64,000 bases of DNA from a virus (Duplodnaviria; Caudoviricetes). Made by a program: the position numbers and the translations under genes. Position 1 is the stretch's first letter. Each line of letters opens with the position of its first letter. The stretch is from IMG/VR virus record IMGVR_UViG_3300029705_000009. One strand, 5' to 3'. The notes under the pieces were generated by a model. The model did no database searches. It saw only the letters and a program-made list of their open reading frames with translations, and had not been told where the DNA came from. Below are positions 23,521 through 32,558 of the stretch, one piece after another.

Positions 23521-24076
23521 ATTGTTTCTCCTTATAAAATTTCACTTCCATTAACTCGGCACGAATTTCATCATATAGCTTGTGCAATCTAGGATTAACA
23601 CATTCCATCCACTTTTCTCTTTCGTCATCAGCCATATATTTTCGCATCATAGTTGCAGAAATAGGTAGCTGTGTTCTATTGATGATTAATTCAGCAGTGT
23701 TCTTTAAGTCTTCTTTCTGAAACCATGCACTTCTACTCTCGTCGTTACCATAAATCATAATATCAGGATTTTTATGGATATATTTTTTTGCATTTTCTAA
23801 TAAATACTTACCCCATTCAGGACTGATATCATCTTCACTACTCAAATCTGCCAAACCATAAATCATGATATTAGGAGAATTACCATATACTTCTCTTAAC
23901 ATTCTAATGCGAGTTTCGATGTTTAGTGGATTTCTCTCCGTTCCAGACAACTGAGAACTTCCTACTAAAATAAGTAATCTATCGCATAACAATAATCCTG
24001 TATCAATTAACTTTTCATGTCCTTTATGCAATGTCTGGAATCTTCCGCATACAAGACCTACATCATATGGTTTCAA
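23513..24076 (-). CDS. NMN/NaMN adenylyltransferase (NadM-like)
   Basis: GRFQTLHKGH (HxGH), GSSQ...RNP, ISAT; lies between pncB and nadE. Confidence 0.85.
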   Translation of the reverse strand: MKPYDVGLVCGRFQTLHKGHEKLIDTGLLLCDRLLILVGSSQLSGTERNPLNIETRIRMLREVYGNSPNIMIYGLADLSSEDDISPEWGKYLLENAKKYIHKNPDIMIYGNDESRSAWFQKEDLKNTAELIINRTQLPISATMMRKYMADDEREKWMECVNPRLHKLYDEIRAELMEVKFYKEKQYV

Positions 24077-25275
24077 TTATTCATCCTCCAATTAATACAT
24101 CTCTGCAAATAATCAACATACTCAGGATTCTTGCACATACCTTTTCCTGGTGTATCAGATATTTTCGCTACGTCTTGACCATTGCATTTTGTTACTTTCA
24201 TAACAATATTGAGAGGTGAAACACATGTATCATTAGATAGATATGTACCAATTCCAAATGCAACTTTTGCTCTACCATTAAAATATCTGAACAACTCATC
24301 AGCCTTTTTAAAATCAAGACTATCGCTAAAAAGTAGTGTTTTACTCATAGGGTTAATTCCAAGAGATTTATAATGTTCAATCATCTTGTCTCCCCACTCC
24401 TTAGGATCGCCACTGTCATGACGTACACCGCTAAACAATGTTGCATATGTAAGTTGAAAATCTTTTAAAAAACAATCCGTTGTGATGGTATCAGTTAATG
24501 CAGTTCCGTTTAATATACCGTATTCTTTTACCCACGCTTCTAATGAATACCAATTTGAATACGCCGGATTATGTTTATGATTACCTTGTCCAACGCACAT
24601 AATCCATTCGTGAGCCATCGTTCCTACAGGAGTAATGCCGTACTTCTTTGCAAGGTATACATTAGATGTGCCAACAAATGTAGATGCACAGTATTTTGCT
24701 TCGGAAAGTCTCTTTACGGCAAGTTCCTGAGCCTCAGAAGAAAGACGGCGTCTAAGTCCAAACTCACTAAATGCAGGCAAATACATTTTCCCACTTTCAA
24801 TCCAGCCTATTTTTTCTTCAAGTTTCTCCTTAAAACTGTCAATGAGTCTGTTATAATCGTGTGCCATACGGAAATATACTTCATTCACAATGGCAAGTAC
24901 CGGAATTTCATACATAGATGTATTTAGCCAAGTACCTTCAGTCTCAATAGATAATCCACAATTCCCATCTGTTGTAATGGTAAAATCTTCAAATCTAGGA
25001 TGCCACAATCTCAAAAAATCAACATAACTTTCCTTAATCCATTTAATAGATTTCAAATATTCAAGTTCGTCTTCTGCAAAACGAATCTTACAATACTCGG
25101 CAATTTGTTCTTTAATTTCTTCTACCATCTCATTTGTAAAGTGAACATCTTTATTTCTACATTTAAATGTCCAAGTGGTTTTGTAATCAGAGAACTGGTG
25201 AAAAATAGCTTGTCCCATACTAAATTTATACATATCATTTGAAAGCAAGCTTGTGACAATCTGTGTTAAGTTCAT
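24073..25275 (-). CDS. pncB: Nicotinate phosphoribosyltransferase
   Basis: DMYKFSM, EFGLRRR, GTSNV, GTMAHEW, RHDSGDP, FSDSLD, FGIGT, KISDTPGK. Confidence 0.95.
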   Translation of the reverse strand: MNLTQIVTSLLSNDMYKFSMGQAIFHQFSDYKTTWTFKCRNKDVHFTNEMVEEIKEQIAEYCKIRFAEDELEYLKSIKWIKESYVDFLRLWHPRFEDFTITTDGNCGLSIETEGTWLNTSMYEIPVLAIVNEVYFRMAHDYNRLIDSFKEKLEEKIGWIESGKMYLPAFSEFGLRRRLSSEAQELAVKRLSEAKYCASTFVGTSNVYLAKKYGITPVGTMAHEWIMCVGQGNHKHNPAYSNWYSLEAWVKEYGILNGTALTDTITTDCFLKDFQLTYATLFSGVRHDSGDPKEWGDKMIEHYKSLGINPMSKTLLFSDSLDFKKADELFRYFNGRAKVAFGIGTYLSNDTCVSPLNIVMKVTKCNGQDVAKISDTPGKGMCKNPEYVDYLQRCINWRMNN

Positions 25276-25291
25276 AACTAAATTTCTCCTT

Positions 25292-25813
25292 TTATTTATT
25301 TCTCAGCAATTCAAATGCTGCTGTCTCTCCGTGAGACATACACATTTCAAAAAACTCATCTAAAAATGCCAAATCGTTTTCATGCATCGCAATAGGTTTT
25401 GCTTTCTTGTTTTGCCACCATTCATATTCTTTTTCAATAGTAAATGTTTTACCGTAATAAGCACGACCAGCACCTATATAGTCGCAAATCATCTCTTTTT
25501 TATACTTCATAGGTATTTCAAGAGCAATTCCTCCCTGGTCAAAGCAATCCTGCCAGTACTCATAGTGGTGTTTATTGCGCCCCTTGTGGTGCATCCATGC
25601 TTTAGAGTATCCATTAACTTTCTTAGCAACATCAATTGGACTACTTGTTCCCTGGTAGTATTTCACACTCTCAAAGAATTCTACTGGAGAGAATTTAGAC
25701 ATATCATGAAGTAATCCTTGTAAAGGGATACGAGCTTTTACACAGTATCGAAATACCCAATACTTATGTTTGCATACTTTCTTAAAATGTTTGAAAAAAT
25801 TAACTATATACAT
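25292..25813 (-). CDS. HD-like metal-binding protein (DUF5662-like)
   Basis: HK..V, LLHDMSKF, HHKGRNKHHYEYW, EMICD. Confidence 0.7.
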   Translation of the reverse strand: MYIVNFFKHFKKVCKHKYWVFRYCVKARIPLQGLLHDMSKFSPVEFFESVKYYQGTSSPIDVAKKVNGYSKAWMHHKGRNKHHYEYWQDCFDQGGIALEIPMKYKKEMICDYIGAGRAYYGKTFTIEKEYEWWQNKKAKPIAMHENDLAFLDEFFEMCMSHGETAAFELLRNK

Positions 25814-25823
25814 TCCTTGATCC

Positions 25824-26402
25824 TTACTCGTTAATCACATTAATCTGACAACTTTTCATTACTTCAAGTGCTGCCCTATGCTTCTCAGGTGTGACGCCGG
25901 CACAACAACTTGCGTCTACTGTAATAACTTTATCTGGCATTTCCTGTCTTGCCATAAGCACATTAGAAATCACACAGATGTCGGTACAAAGGCCAGCGAA
26001 CTCAATTTCGTCAATTTCATCCTTATGCTTTACAAAGAAATCTCTTAAATCATCAGAACCAAATGTATTTTTATAAATTCGACTATGCTTAATTGTCTTA
26101 GAGGAATATGTCAAAGCACCTTCCCTATTATCAACTACACTTGAAATCTCCTTATTAATGCTCCAACCAGGAGTATTCTCAATACAATGTTTAACTGGCA
26201 GCATCTTGCCTTCAAATGTGTCAAGATAATCATCATAGTGTGTGTCCTTAGTAAATAGAACTAATGTGTCTGTCATATCAATATTATTCAGTTTTTCTAC
26301 TACTCTAGGTACAATTGCCTGAGCCTCCGGACTTCCCAAACTTCCATCAATAAAATCATTTTGCATATCAACAATAACAAGTGTATTCATTATTTTATTC
26401 AC
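25824..26402 (-). CDS. pncA: Nicotinamidase (isochorismatase family)
   Basis: VDMQNDF, DTH, HC, K.TFGS, GLCTDICV catalytic set; adjacent to pncB. Confidence 0.88.
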   Translation of the reverse strand: MNKIMNTLVIVDMQNDFIDGSLGSPEAQAIVPRVVEKLNNIDMTDTLVLFTKDTHYDDYLDTFEGKMLPVKHCIENTPGWSINKEISSVVDNREGALTYSSKTIKHSRIYKNTFGSDDLRDFFVKHKDEIDEIEFAGLCTDICVISNVLMARQEMPDKVITVDASCCAGVTPEKHRAALEVMKSCQINVINE

Positions 26403-26422
26403 TCTCCAATACTATTAATAAA

Positions 26423-27016
26423 TTACTTTCTTAACCATTCCTTAAACTTGCTATAAGTCCCAAATTTTTCTTTCCAATTTGATACAATTTCAGTCGGATT
26501 GAGATCAAACTTCTTACAAACATATGTAATATATTCATTCTCATACAGTTTTTTTCTTCTCTTATTTAATGCCTTAACTTCTGCAAATACTTCAGCTCTT
26601 GAAACACCGTATTCTTTTAATAAATAAGCACTAAGATCATACTCTGAGTATTCAATAAACTGGCATATCGGACATACGCATTCAGGAACTCCGTAATATC
26701 CACTCTCACTACAGAAGTTATCCCATAAATCATCTTCTTCCATAATAAGCAATTCATCCTCTGTATAGTCTCTACTATCTCTGAGTTCTGAATCCCATGC
26801 GTCCTTATTCCACTCGTTCTCTAAAATCATTTTAATTAAATCTTTCTTTGATGGTCTTTCTAACGCTTCATCACAACAGAAGGTATGTCCATTTACACAC
26901 TCCATCATTTCTGCTTCAGACAAACACATGTCCCATCCGCTTTCAGTACGTCCGCAAATCTCGCAAACATAACTTGAACTACTACTATTTGTTACAAAAT
27001 CCTTTCTAAACTTCAT
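26423..27016 (-). CDS. TNSSSSS-leader protein 6 (Cys-rich)
   Basis: MKFRKDFVTNSSSSSY N-terminus; CxxC motifs. Confidence 0.85.
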   Translation of the reverse strand: MKFRKDFVTNSSSSSYVCEICGRTESGWDMCLSEAEMMECVNGHTFCCDEALERPSKKDLIKMILENEWNKDAWDSELRDSRDYTEDELLIMEEDDLWDNFCSESGYYGVPECVCPICQFIEYSEYDLSAYLLKEYGVSRAEVFAEVKALNKRRKKLYENEYITYVCKKFDLNPTEIVSNWKEKFGTYSKFKEWLRK

Positions 27017-27020
27017 TTAA

Positions 27021-27422
27021 TCATCCATTCCTTCCTTCACCTTCTGCAACTTCAATATTATCAAAACCATTTTCTACTGTAACATCATCAATTGCATCGT
27101 TCATACTAAAGTCATAATAAAAAACATCTTCTTCTGTTTCATCATCCCAATCAGCATCCAGCCAGTCTTCAATAATGATATATTTATTATTAGGATGTGC
27201 TTCTAGGATTTTATCAACTCCCCAAATTGTTGCTCCAGCCCAATCTGCTCCTAGATCACCCCAACGCATTTCTTTTTTTACGCCATCTTTATCAAATACA
27301 TTTGAATTTAGATTGTGCTTTTCTATAATTTTATTGGCTTTTTCTTCATCAACAATTCTTGCAAAGCAAATAATATATGACGAACTACTACTATTTGTAA
27401 CAAAGTCTGTTCTTATCTTCAT
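27021..27422 (-). CDS. TNSSSSS-leader protein 5
   Basis: MKIRTDFVTNSSSSSY. Confidence 0.85.
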   Translation of the reverse strand: MKIRTDFVTNSSSSSYIICFARIVDEEKANKIIEKHNLNSNVFDKDGVKKEMRWGDLGADWAGATIWGVDKILEAHPNNKYIIIEDWLDADWDDETEEDVFYYDFSMNDAIDDVTVENGFDNIEVAEGEGRNG

Positions 27423-27854
27423 TTAATCGTCCTCCAAGATAACGAAATTTTCTTTGTCTTCTGCTAATTCACGAAGCATATTTACACAATATGTGTCATT
27501 ATAATCAACAGACTTTCTCAATATATTAAATCCTTTCTCTAAATGCTCGATTGATCTATTGTATATGTTTGTCAAATAACTATCATCTTTAAGAATACTT
27601 TCTACAGTCTGATATCTACCCCAACCATAATATGATACAAAATCCTCATCATATTCTTCTTTAGTTCTTGATACCTCACCTGCCGTTGTATCGTATTCTC
27701 CCTCTGTAAACAGAGCCTTTTCAATCAACTTCCCATAATTCTTTAAGAACGGATACTTTACTAAAGTCTCTTCGTCAATTTCTGGAAGAGTTTTATATGC
27801 AATAATATAGCTGCTACTACTCGAATTTGTTACATAGTCACTTCTAATCTTCAT
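27423..27854 (-). CDS. TNSSSSS-leader protein 4
   Basis: MKIRSDYVTNSSSSSY. Confidence 0.85.
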   Translation of the reverse strand: MKIRSDYVTNSSSSSYIIAYKTLPEIDEETLVKYPFLKNYGKLIEKALFTEGEYDTTAGEVSRTKEEYDEDFVSYYGWGRYQTVESILKDDSYLTNIYNRSIEHLEKGFNILRKSVDYNDTYCVNMLRELAEDKENFVILEDD

Positions 27855-27865
27855 CTCAAGAACTC

Positions 27866-28177
27866 CTAATAATGGTAATCAAATTTGGGTGATATATCGT
27901 TTCTGTCAAAATCCCAGAGAATATCATCAATCCTATCGTCATACATTGCTTCATCTCTTCTTACCCAAATGTGCATTTCGTCATCGTCTTTGTTGTAATC
28001 AACCAAATAATAAACATCATCCACATCACAAGATACACACATGTTTAATAGCTCATCATGATCAACGTGTGTAAAATTATTCTCAATATACTCTGCATTT
28101 TCCTTACCAATATCTTTTTTACAAACAACAAAGCTACTACTTGAACTATTGGTTACATAATCGCTTCTAATCTTCAT
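27866..28177 (-). CDS. TNSSSSS-leader protein 3
   Basis: MKIRSDYVTNSSSSSF. Confidence 0.85.
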   Translation of the reverse strand: MKIRSDYVTNSSSSSFVVCKKDIGKENAEYIENNFTHVDHDELLNMCVSCDVDDVYYLVDYNKDDDEMHIWVRRDEAMYDDRIDDILWDFDRNDISPKFDYHY

Positions 28178-28511
28178 TTAATAATTTCCTCCAATCTGAA
28201 CCGTTATAAATGGATTTATCATTTTCTTCTTGTAGACTGAATGGATATTCGCTCCAACTTATATTTCTGCTATTTACTTCAATCTTTTCCAAGAAAGTAT
28301 CCATATCAAAATTATCCATCCATGTATATCCGGTTATATAGTTTTCATTCTCGTCAATATCCCAGGTTTCATCACAGCAATCAAGTCCTAATTTTTCTCC
28401 TAACTTCCCATGTTCTCTAATAGCTAATAATTGGTCATAGTCAAGATATTTCTTAGAAATAATAAAACTACTACTACTCGAATTTGTTACATAATCAGAA
28501 CGTATTTTCAT
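28167..28511 (-). CDS. TNSSSSS-leader protein 2 (start reassigned to ATG 28511)
   Basis: MKIRSDYVTNSSSSSF begins at 28511, right after the upstream stop codon. Confidence 0.85.
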   Translation of the reverse strand: MKIRSDYVTNSSSSSFIISKKYLDYDQLLAIREHGKLGEKLGLDCCDETWDIDENENYITGYTWMDNFDMDTFLEKIEVNSRNISWSEYPFSLQEENDKSIYNGSDWRKLLNED

Positions 28512-28512
28512 T

Positions 28513-28851
28513 TTATCCCACCTTAAAATTTTCTGTAACAATGTTATATCCACAGTCATACATAAAAGCTCCAAATTCATCATCTTCACTAGAATATTCA
28601 ACTGCTGATACAGTCCAATCTCCGAGTTGCATATCTTTTGGCTTTCTAAATAACTTCCTGGATAAATCTTCTATGAATATTTCCACTGATTCATCGTCAG
28701 AATTTAAATCAAACATGTCCAAGTTATATTCAATATCTTTTTTATATTCTTTTAATTTATTTCTTATTTCATCAATAGTACAATTCTCTCTTTTGGCGAT
28801 GATAAAACTGCTACTAGATGAATTAGTCACAAAATCTTTCCTTACTTTCAT
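28513..28851 (-). CDS. TNSSSSS-leader protein 1
   Basis: MKVRKDFVTNSSSSSF; overlaps the end of the radical SAM gene. Confidence 0.85.
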   Translation of the reverse strand: MKVRKDFVTNSSSSSFIIAKRENCTIDEIRNKLKEYKKDIEYNLDMFDLNSDDESVEIFIEDLSRKLFRKPKDMQLGDWTVSAVEYSSEDDEFGAFMYDCGYNIVTENFKVG

Positions 28852-29923
28852 ATAAGTCCTTCTCCTCTTTGTTGCATAAAACGATCTGTCTCCGAATTGG
28901 GCAACCGCCTCTACATTCTAACTGTCTACTACAACCTTTACATGAGTTTCTAAAATGATCGCGAAAATCCTCAAATTGTTTACTATTCCACGCATTTTGT
29001 ACTGTATCATTTGAAATGTCATATGCCCATCTCATATCCTGATTATCAAAGCTACAAGGTAACATCTTCATATCAGAAGTAATATATGCGGACCATCTTC
29101 CACCCTCACATGTATCAAAACTATCCTCGTTGATATTAGAAGTTATATTAATAAGCGCCGGAACTGTACAAGAATCGAAACCAATTTTAAAATCAAATTG
29201 GCAAGTGTCAATAATATTAAAGAATTCTTTTACTCTATCATCATTGATGTCCAATACATTATTTTCCTGACCCAAACCAACAGGTTTATGTAATAAGAAA
29301 ATTATTGCGTTAATGCCTTTGGGGAAATCGTTGCTTCTTAATCTTGTAATAGCCTCGTCAATGGAATTATTTCCTAATACATAGTGGATATTTGTCTTAA
29401 CTCCTGCATCTAACAACATCTGAATTGCTCTATATGTGTGTTCCTGGCGATACCAACTGATTGCAACTGCTCCGCATAATTCCTTACAAAGTGCTACAAT
29501 CTCATCTGTGAAACCTAATCCGGAAGATGTGAAATTTGGCACAATGCCATTTTCTCTACAGTATCTAAGGATTTTTTCAAAATCTTCATGTTGGTCTACA
29601 TCACCTCTGCCACCCAATGCGAACTGAAATGTCTTGCCTTTACATTCATCTACAATTCTCTTGAAGTTTTCAAAAGACATATTAGGAAATTTAGTCTTCA
29701 ATCCATTCTGATAACACTGAACGCCTGATTTAATACACAATCCACTAGATCCATGAACGCAATGCCCCATAATTCCAATATCAAGTAATTCAGGATAACT
29801 AGTCATAAAGGGATCTACACCTGTGTCTTTTCCGTTCTCAATAACTCCACTTCTCATATAGAACCCTGTATTGGGATTAAACACAGATACAAATTTGTTT
29901 TTCTTATCAATTTTCTTAATCAT
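28823..29923 (-). CDS. Radical SAM enzyme with SPASM domain
   Basis: Cys motif C.HG..GLC......CYQ (expanded), GG.GD; C-terminal CEGG...PCSF...C..C....CRGGCP. Confidence 0.9.
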   Translation of the reverse strand: MIKKIDKKNKFVSVFNPNTGFYMRSGVIENGKDTGVDPFMTSYPELLDIGIMGHCVHGSSGLCIKSGVQCYQNGLKTKFPNMSFENFKRIVDECKGKTFQFALGGRGDVDQHEDFEKILRYCRENGIVPNFTSSGLGFTDEIVALCKELCGAVAISWYRQEHTYRAIQMLLDAGVKTNIHYVLGNNSIDEAITRLRSNDFPKGINAIIFLLHKPVGLGQENNVLDINDDRVKEFFNIIDTCQFDFKIGFDSCTVPALINITSNINEDSFDTCEGGRWSAYITSDMKMLPCSFDNQDMRWAYDISNDTVQNAWNSKQFEDFRDHFRNSCKGCSRQLECRGGCPIRRQIVLCNKEEKDLYESKERFCD

Positions 29924-30605
29924 TTTCTTTCTCCAGCTTATTCCAATTATACCAACCGTAAATACAGTTAATAGTCCATGCTATGTACATTGCAACCATC
30001 GACCAATTGCCAGCTACAAACCACATCTTTATACAAATAACATCTATTACAAGCCACCAAATCCACTGTTCTCTATATCTCTTAACCATTAAAATCTGAG
30101 CAAAAATTGCTAGTACATTAGTAGCAGCATCTGTATATGCTTGATGACTTCCGATTGTAGTTAGCCAATATCCCATGCCCAAAGTACAAATTCCTGTGCC
30201 AACAATTGAAGCAATCCACTTTAAAGGCGTAAACTTCAAAGCATCTACATGTGCTGATCCATCTTCATCTACGGTTGAATTGTTTTTCCATACAAAGATT
30301 CCCCAAATCATAGTCACAAGGTAGAATATGTTCTCCAATACTTCACCATAAAAACAATTCTGCCAAGACAAAATCAAATAACTTATGGTTTGTATAAAAC
30401 CAATAAAGTAAAATGAAATCTTACCTTTCGCACACAATACAACAGAAATAACTCCGCTAATTCCTGCAATAATTCCTAGTAACGAATCTGGTGCAATACA
30501 GAAGACAACTATCTGTACCAATAACATTGTAATCATAAACATTCGATCAAAAATCGAATAACCATTCAGAAACTCTCTATTTAGCATATTTGTAATTTTA
30601 TTCAC
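29916..30605 (-). CDS. pnuC: Nicotinamide riboside transporter
   Basis: Multi-pass membrane protein; DA...LAIFAQILM.KRYREQWIWW..D; adjacent to nadR. Confidence 0.88.
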   Translation of the reverse strand: MNKITNMLNREFLNGYSIFDRMFMITMLLVQIVVFCIAPDSLLGIIAGISGVISVVLCAKGKISFYFIGFIQTISYLILSWQNCFYGEVLENIFYLVTMIWGIFVWKNNSTVDEDGSAHVDALKFTPLKWIASIVGTGICTLGMGYWLTTIGSHQAYTDAATNVLAIFAQILMVKRYREQWIWWLVIDVICIKMWFVAGNWSMVAMYIAWTINCIYGWYNWNKLEKEND

Positions 30606-31737
30606 CTATTAGTACCTCTTTTTCCACATATTCTTTTACTGCAATAAAGTTTTCATAATAATTTCCATCGAGAATAGTAACCTTACCCCAATCACCAACT
30701 TCAATGAGACTCTGTTTCAGAATACCAAACAACTCTTGTCTTTCTTTCATACCGGAATGAGCCATAAATCTCGAATGATCATCAACAAAAATACCATGAG
30801 GAACAACAAGAAAAATCTTATCCCATCTACTCTTCTTTGCATATTCGTAAGCTACAGGTTTGATTTTTTCGTTGTACTCTTCTTCTTTCAAAATGCAGCT
30901 AGGATCTTTTGAATAATATTGAGAATACATATTAGTAACTAAACTATCCGTATCAGCAAAGAATATTCCATGGTTGCCTGGCGAGTTAATACACTCTTTA
31001 TTGTGATTATACTGACCTTCAAGAAACGCAAGAAAGTCTGCACAATCAAGTTCCCAGTCGCTAACGCAACTTTCAACCATGTAATCTCTAGCCCACTCAT
31101 GACTGTGCGGAGCGTTGAAATACTTACCTAAGTCTGTAACCAATGTAGACTTTCCCTCACTTGCAGTTCCGGTAATAAGAATGTTGGTGCTGAAAATTCT
31201 CTTGAAAGGAAGAGTAATTTTATCCCAATGCTTAACAGGATTCTGTCTAATCATTGTTGCGGATATAGGATTGTCAGATGTTCTATCAACAAGTACTGCT
31301 TTTTCGTGCCACATGTTGATGAGATCGTCATAATATGTCTGGTCTCCTACATACCAGGTTCTATCCATCGTTCCCATTGTAGGTACTTCCACTTTTGGAT
31401 ATTCAACGGCCTTTTTGTATATTTTCTCAAACTCGTTCATCCAACCAATCCAACCATTAGGATATCTATCAAGTCCAATTTCTGTATCATTAATCGCATA
31501 AACAGCAACTAAATCGTCATCTGCAAAAAACTCACGAACATAACGATATCTCTTTCTGTGTGGCATTAACGGCTCACCTTTGTCTCCGTCATATCCACAA
31601 ACAATTACTAATGCTCCTCCAGAGTTTTCTTTCTTTGCTCTCATTATCAAATCCAAATGACCCTGATGTAATGGTGCGAATGAGCCGAATACAATTCCAA
31701 TATTACCTTTTAATGGCTTTTGATAGGCGTGTAACAT
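30598..31737 (-). CDS. nadR: NadR-type bifunctional NMN adenylyltransferase / ribosylnicotinamide kinase (no HTH)
   Basis: FGSFAPLHQGH, ISATMIR, GTASEGKST, EWARDY, DTD. Confidence 0.88.
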   Translation of the reverse strand: MLHAYQKPLKGNIGIVFGSFAPLHQGHLDLIMRAKKENSGGALVIVCGYDGDKGEPLMPHRKRYRYVREFFADDDLVAVYAINDTEIGLDRYPNGWIGWMNEFEKIYKKAVEYPKVEVPTMGTMDRTWYVGDQTYYDDLINMWHEKAVLVDRTSDNPISATMIRQNPVKHWDKITLPFKRIFSTNILITGTASEGKSTLVTDLGKYFNAPHSHEWARDYMVESCVSDWELDCADFLAFLEGQYNHNKECINSPGNHGIFFADTDSLVTNMYSQYYSKDPSCILKEEEYNEKIKPVAYEYAKKSRWDKIFLVVPHGIFVDDHSRFMAHSGMKERQELFGILKQSLIEVGDWGKVTILDGNYYENFIAVKEYVEKEVLIGE

Positions 31738-31823
31738 TTTGCTTCTCCTTTTTCCGTCTTTCGCATATAATTTTATTTACTTATTTTTAAAATAAAGGAA
31801 CAGATATATTTCTGTTCCCTTAT

Positions 31824-31852
31824 ACATTACCATCAAATGAATGCTTTGTCAA
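31824..31852 (-). promoter_or_regulatory. SigA-type promoter upstream of the NAD/radical SAM operon
   Basis: TTGACA-17 nt-TAATGT with TG extension. Confidence 0.6.
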
Positions 31853-31868
31853 TACTTGGTATTTAATT

Positions 31869-32558
31869 TTATTCATCTATATTGTATATTTCTTCAACTT
31901 CCAAAATATAATTGTCTTTTATTACTGTTGAAATCGTATTACAACAGCCATCTTCTCTAATTGTATACTCTCTCATATTGCATCTGCGCTCTTGAATTTT
32001 TCCAGCCTCATAGTCTTTACGGATTGCTTTTGCATATTCATTGCGTTGATATCTTAAGGCATAACACTCTTTATCATCTGTCCTTTCCAATATCATGCAG
32101 TCTTTTCCTACTGTGGTAATAGCATTGCAATAATCGCAAGAATTAATTTCTAGTTGTTGTTCGATTTTACCGTCTTCATTATATCTACCACGCATAGCAC
32201 AACAAACCGGAAATTCCTCTATTACTTTTAATCCAGATCTTTCACTACGAAGTGTTGGACATTCCTCATATAATCTCAGTTCACGATTTGCATACAAATC
32301 ATCTAGTATATAAGCTTCTTTATCTTCATCTTTAACAACATATAAATATGAATTTCCACCCATATTTCCTACAGGTTGAGCATTTAATGCCATTGCAATA
32401 TGGTCACTTGAATATACCCTGTTTCCTTGTCTGAATTGTTTGCCAAAATTTATTTCTCCAAAACCAGTAAGTAATTGTGGTTTAAAAGTGTCTTCTCCAG
32501 AAGCAGATATTACTCCACTTCTGGTTTCGTAAAATTTACACATTTTTCGTCCGTACAA
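31869..32558 (-). CDS. Orphan methyltransferase variable-region (TRD-like) repeat protein
   Basis: QGNRVYS...AL.A, PTLRSER, AMRGR, NAITTV.KD, NTISTV.KDN repeats; overlaps the end of the MTase gene. Confidence 0.55.
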   Translation of the reverse strand: MYGRKMCKFYETRSGVISASGEDTFKPQLLTGFGEINFGKQFRQGNRVYSSDHIAMALNAQPVGNMGGNSYLYVVKDEDKEAYILDDLYANRELRLYEECPTLRSERSGLKVIEEFPVCCAMRGRYNEDGKIEQQLEINSCDYCNAITTVGKDCMILERTDDKECYALRYQRNEYAKAIRKDYEAGKIQERRCNMREYTIREDGCCNTISTVIKDNYILEVEEIYNIDE

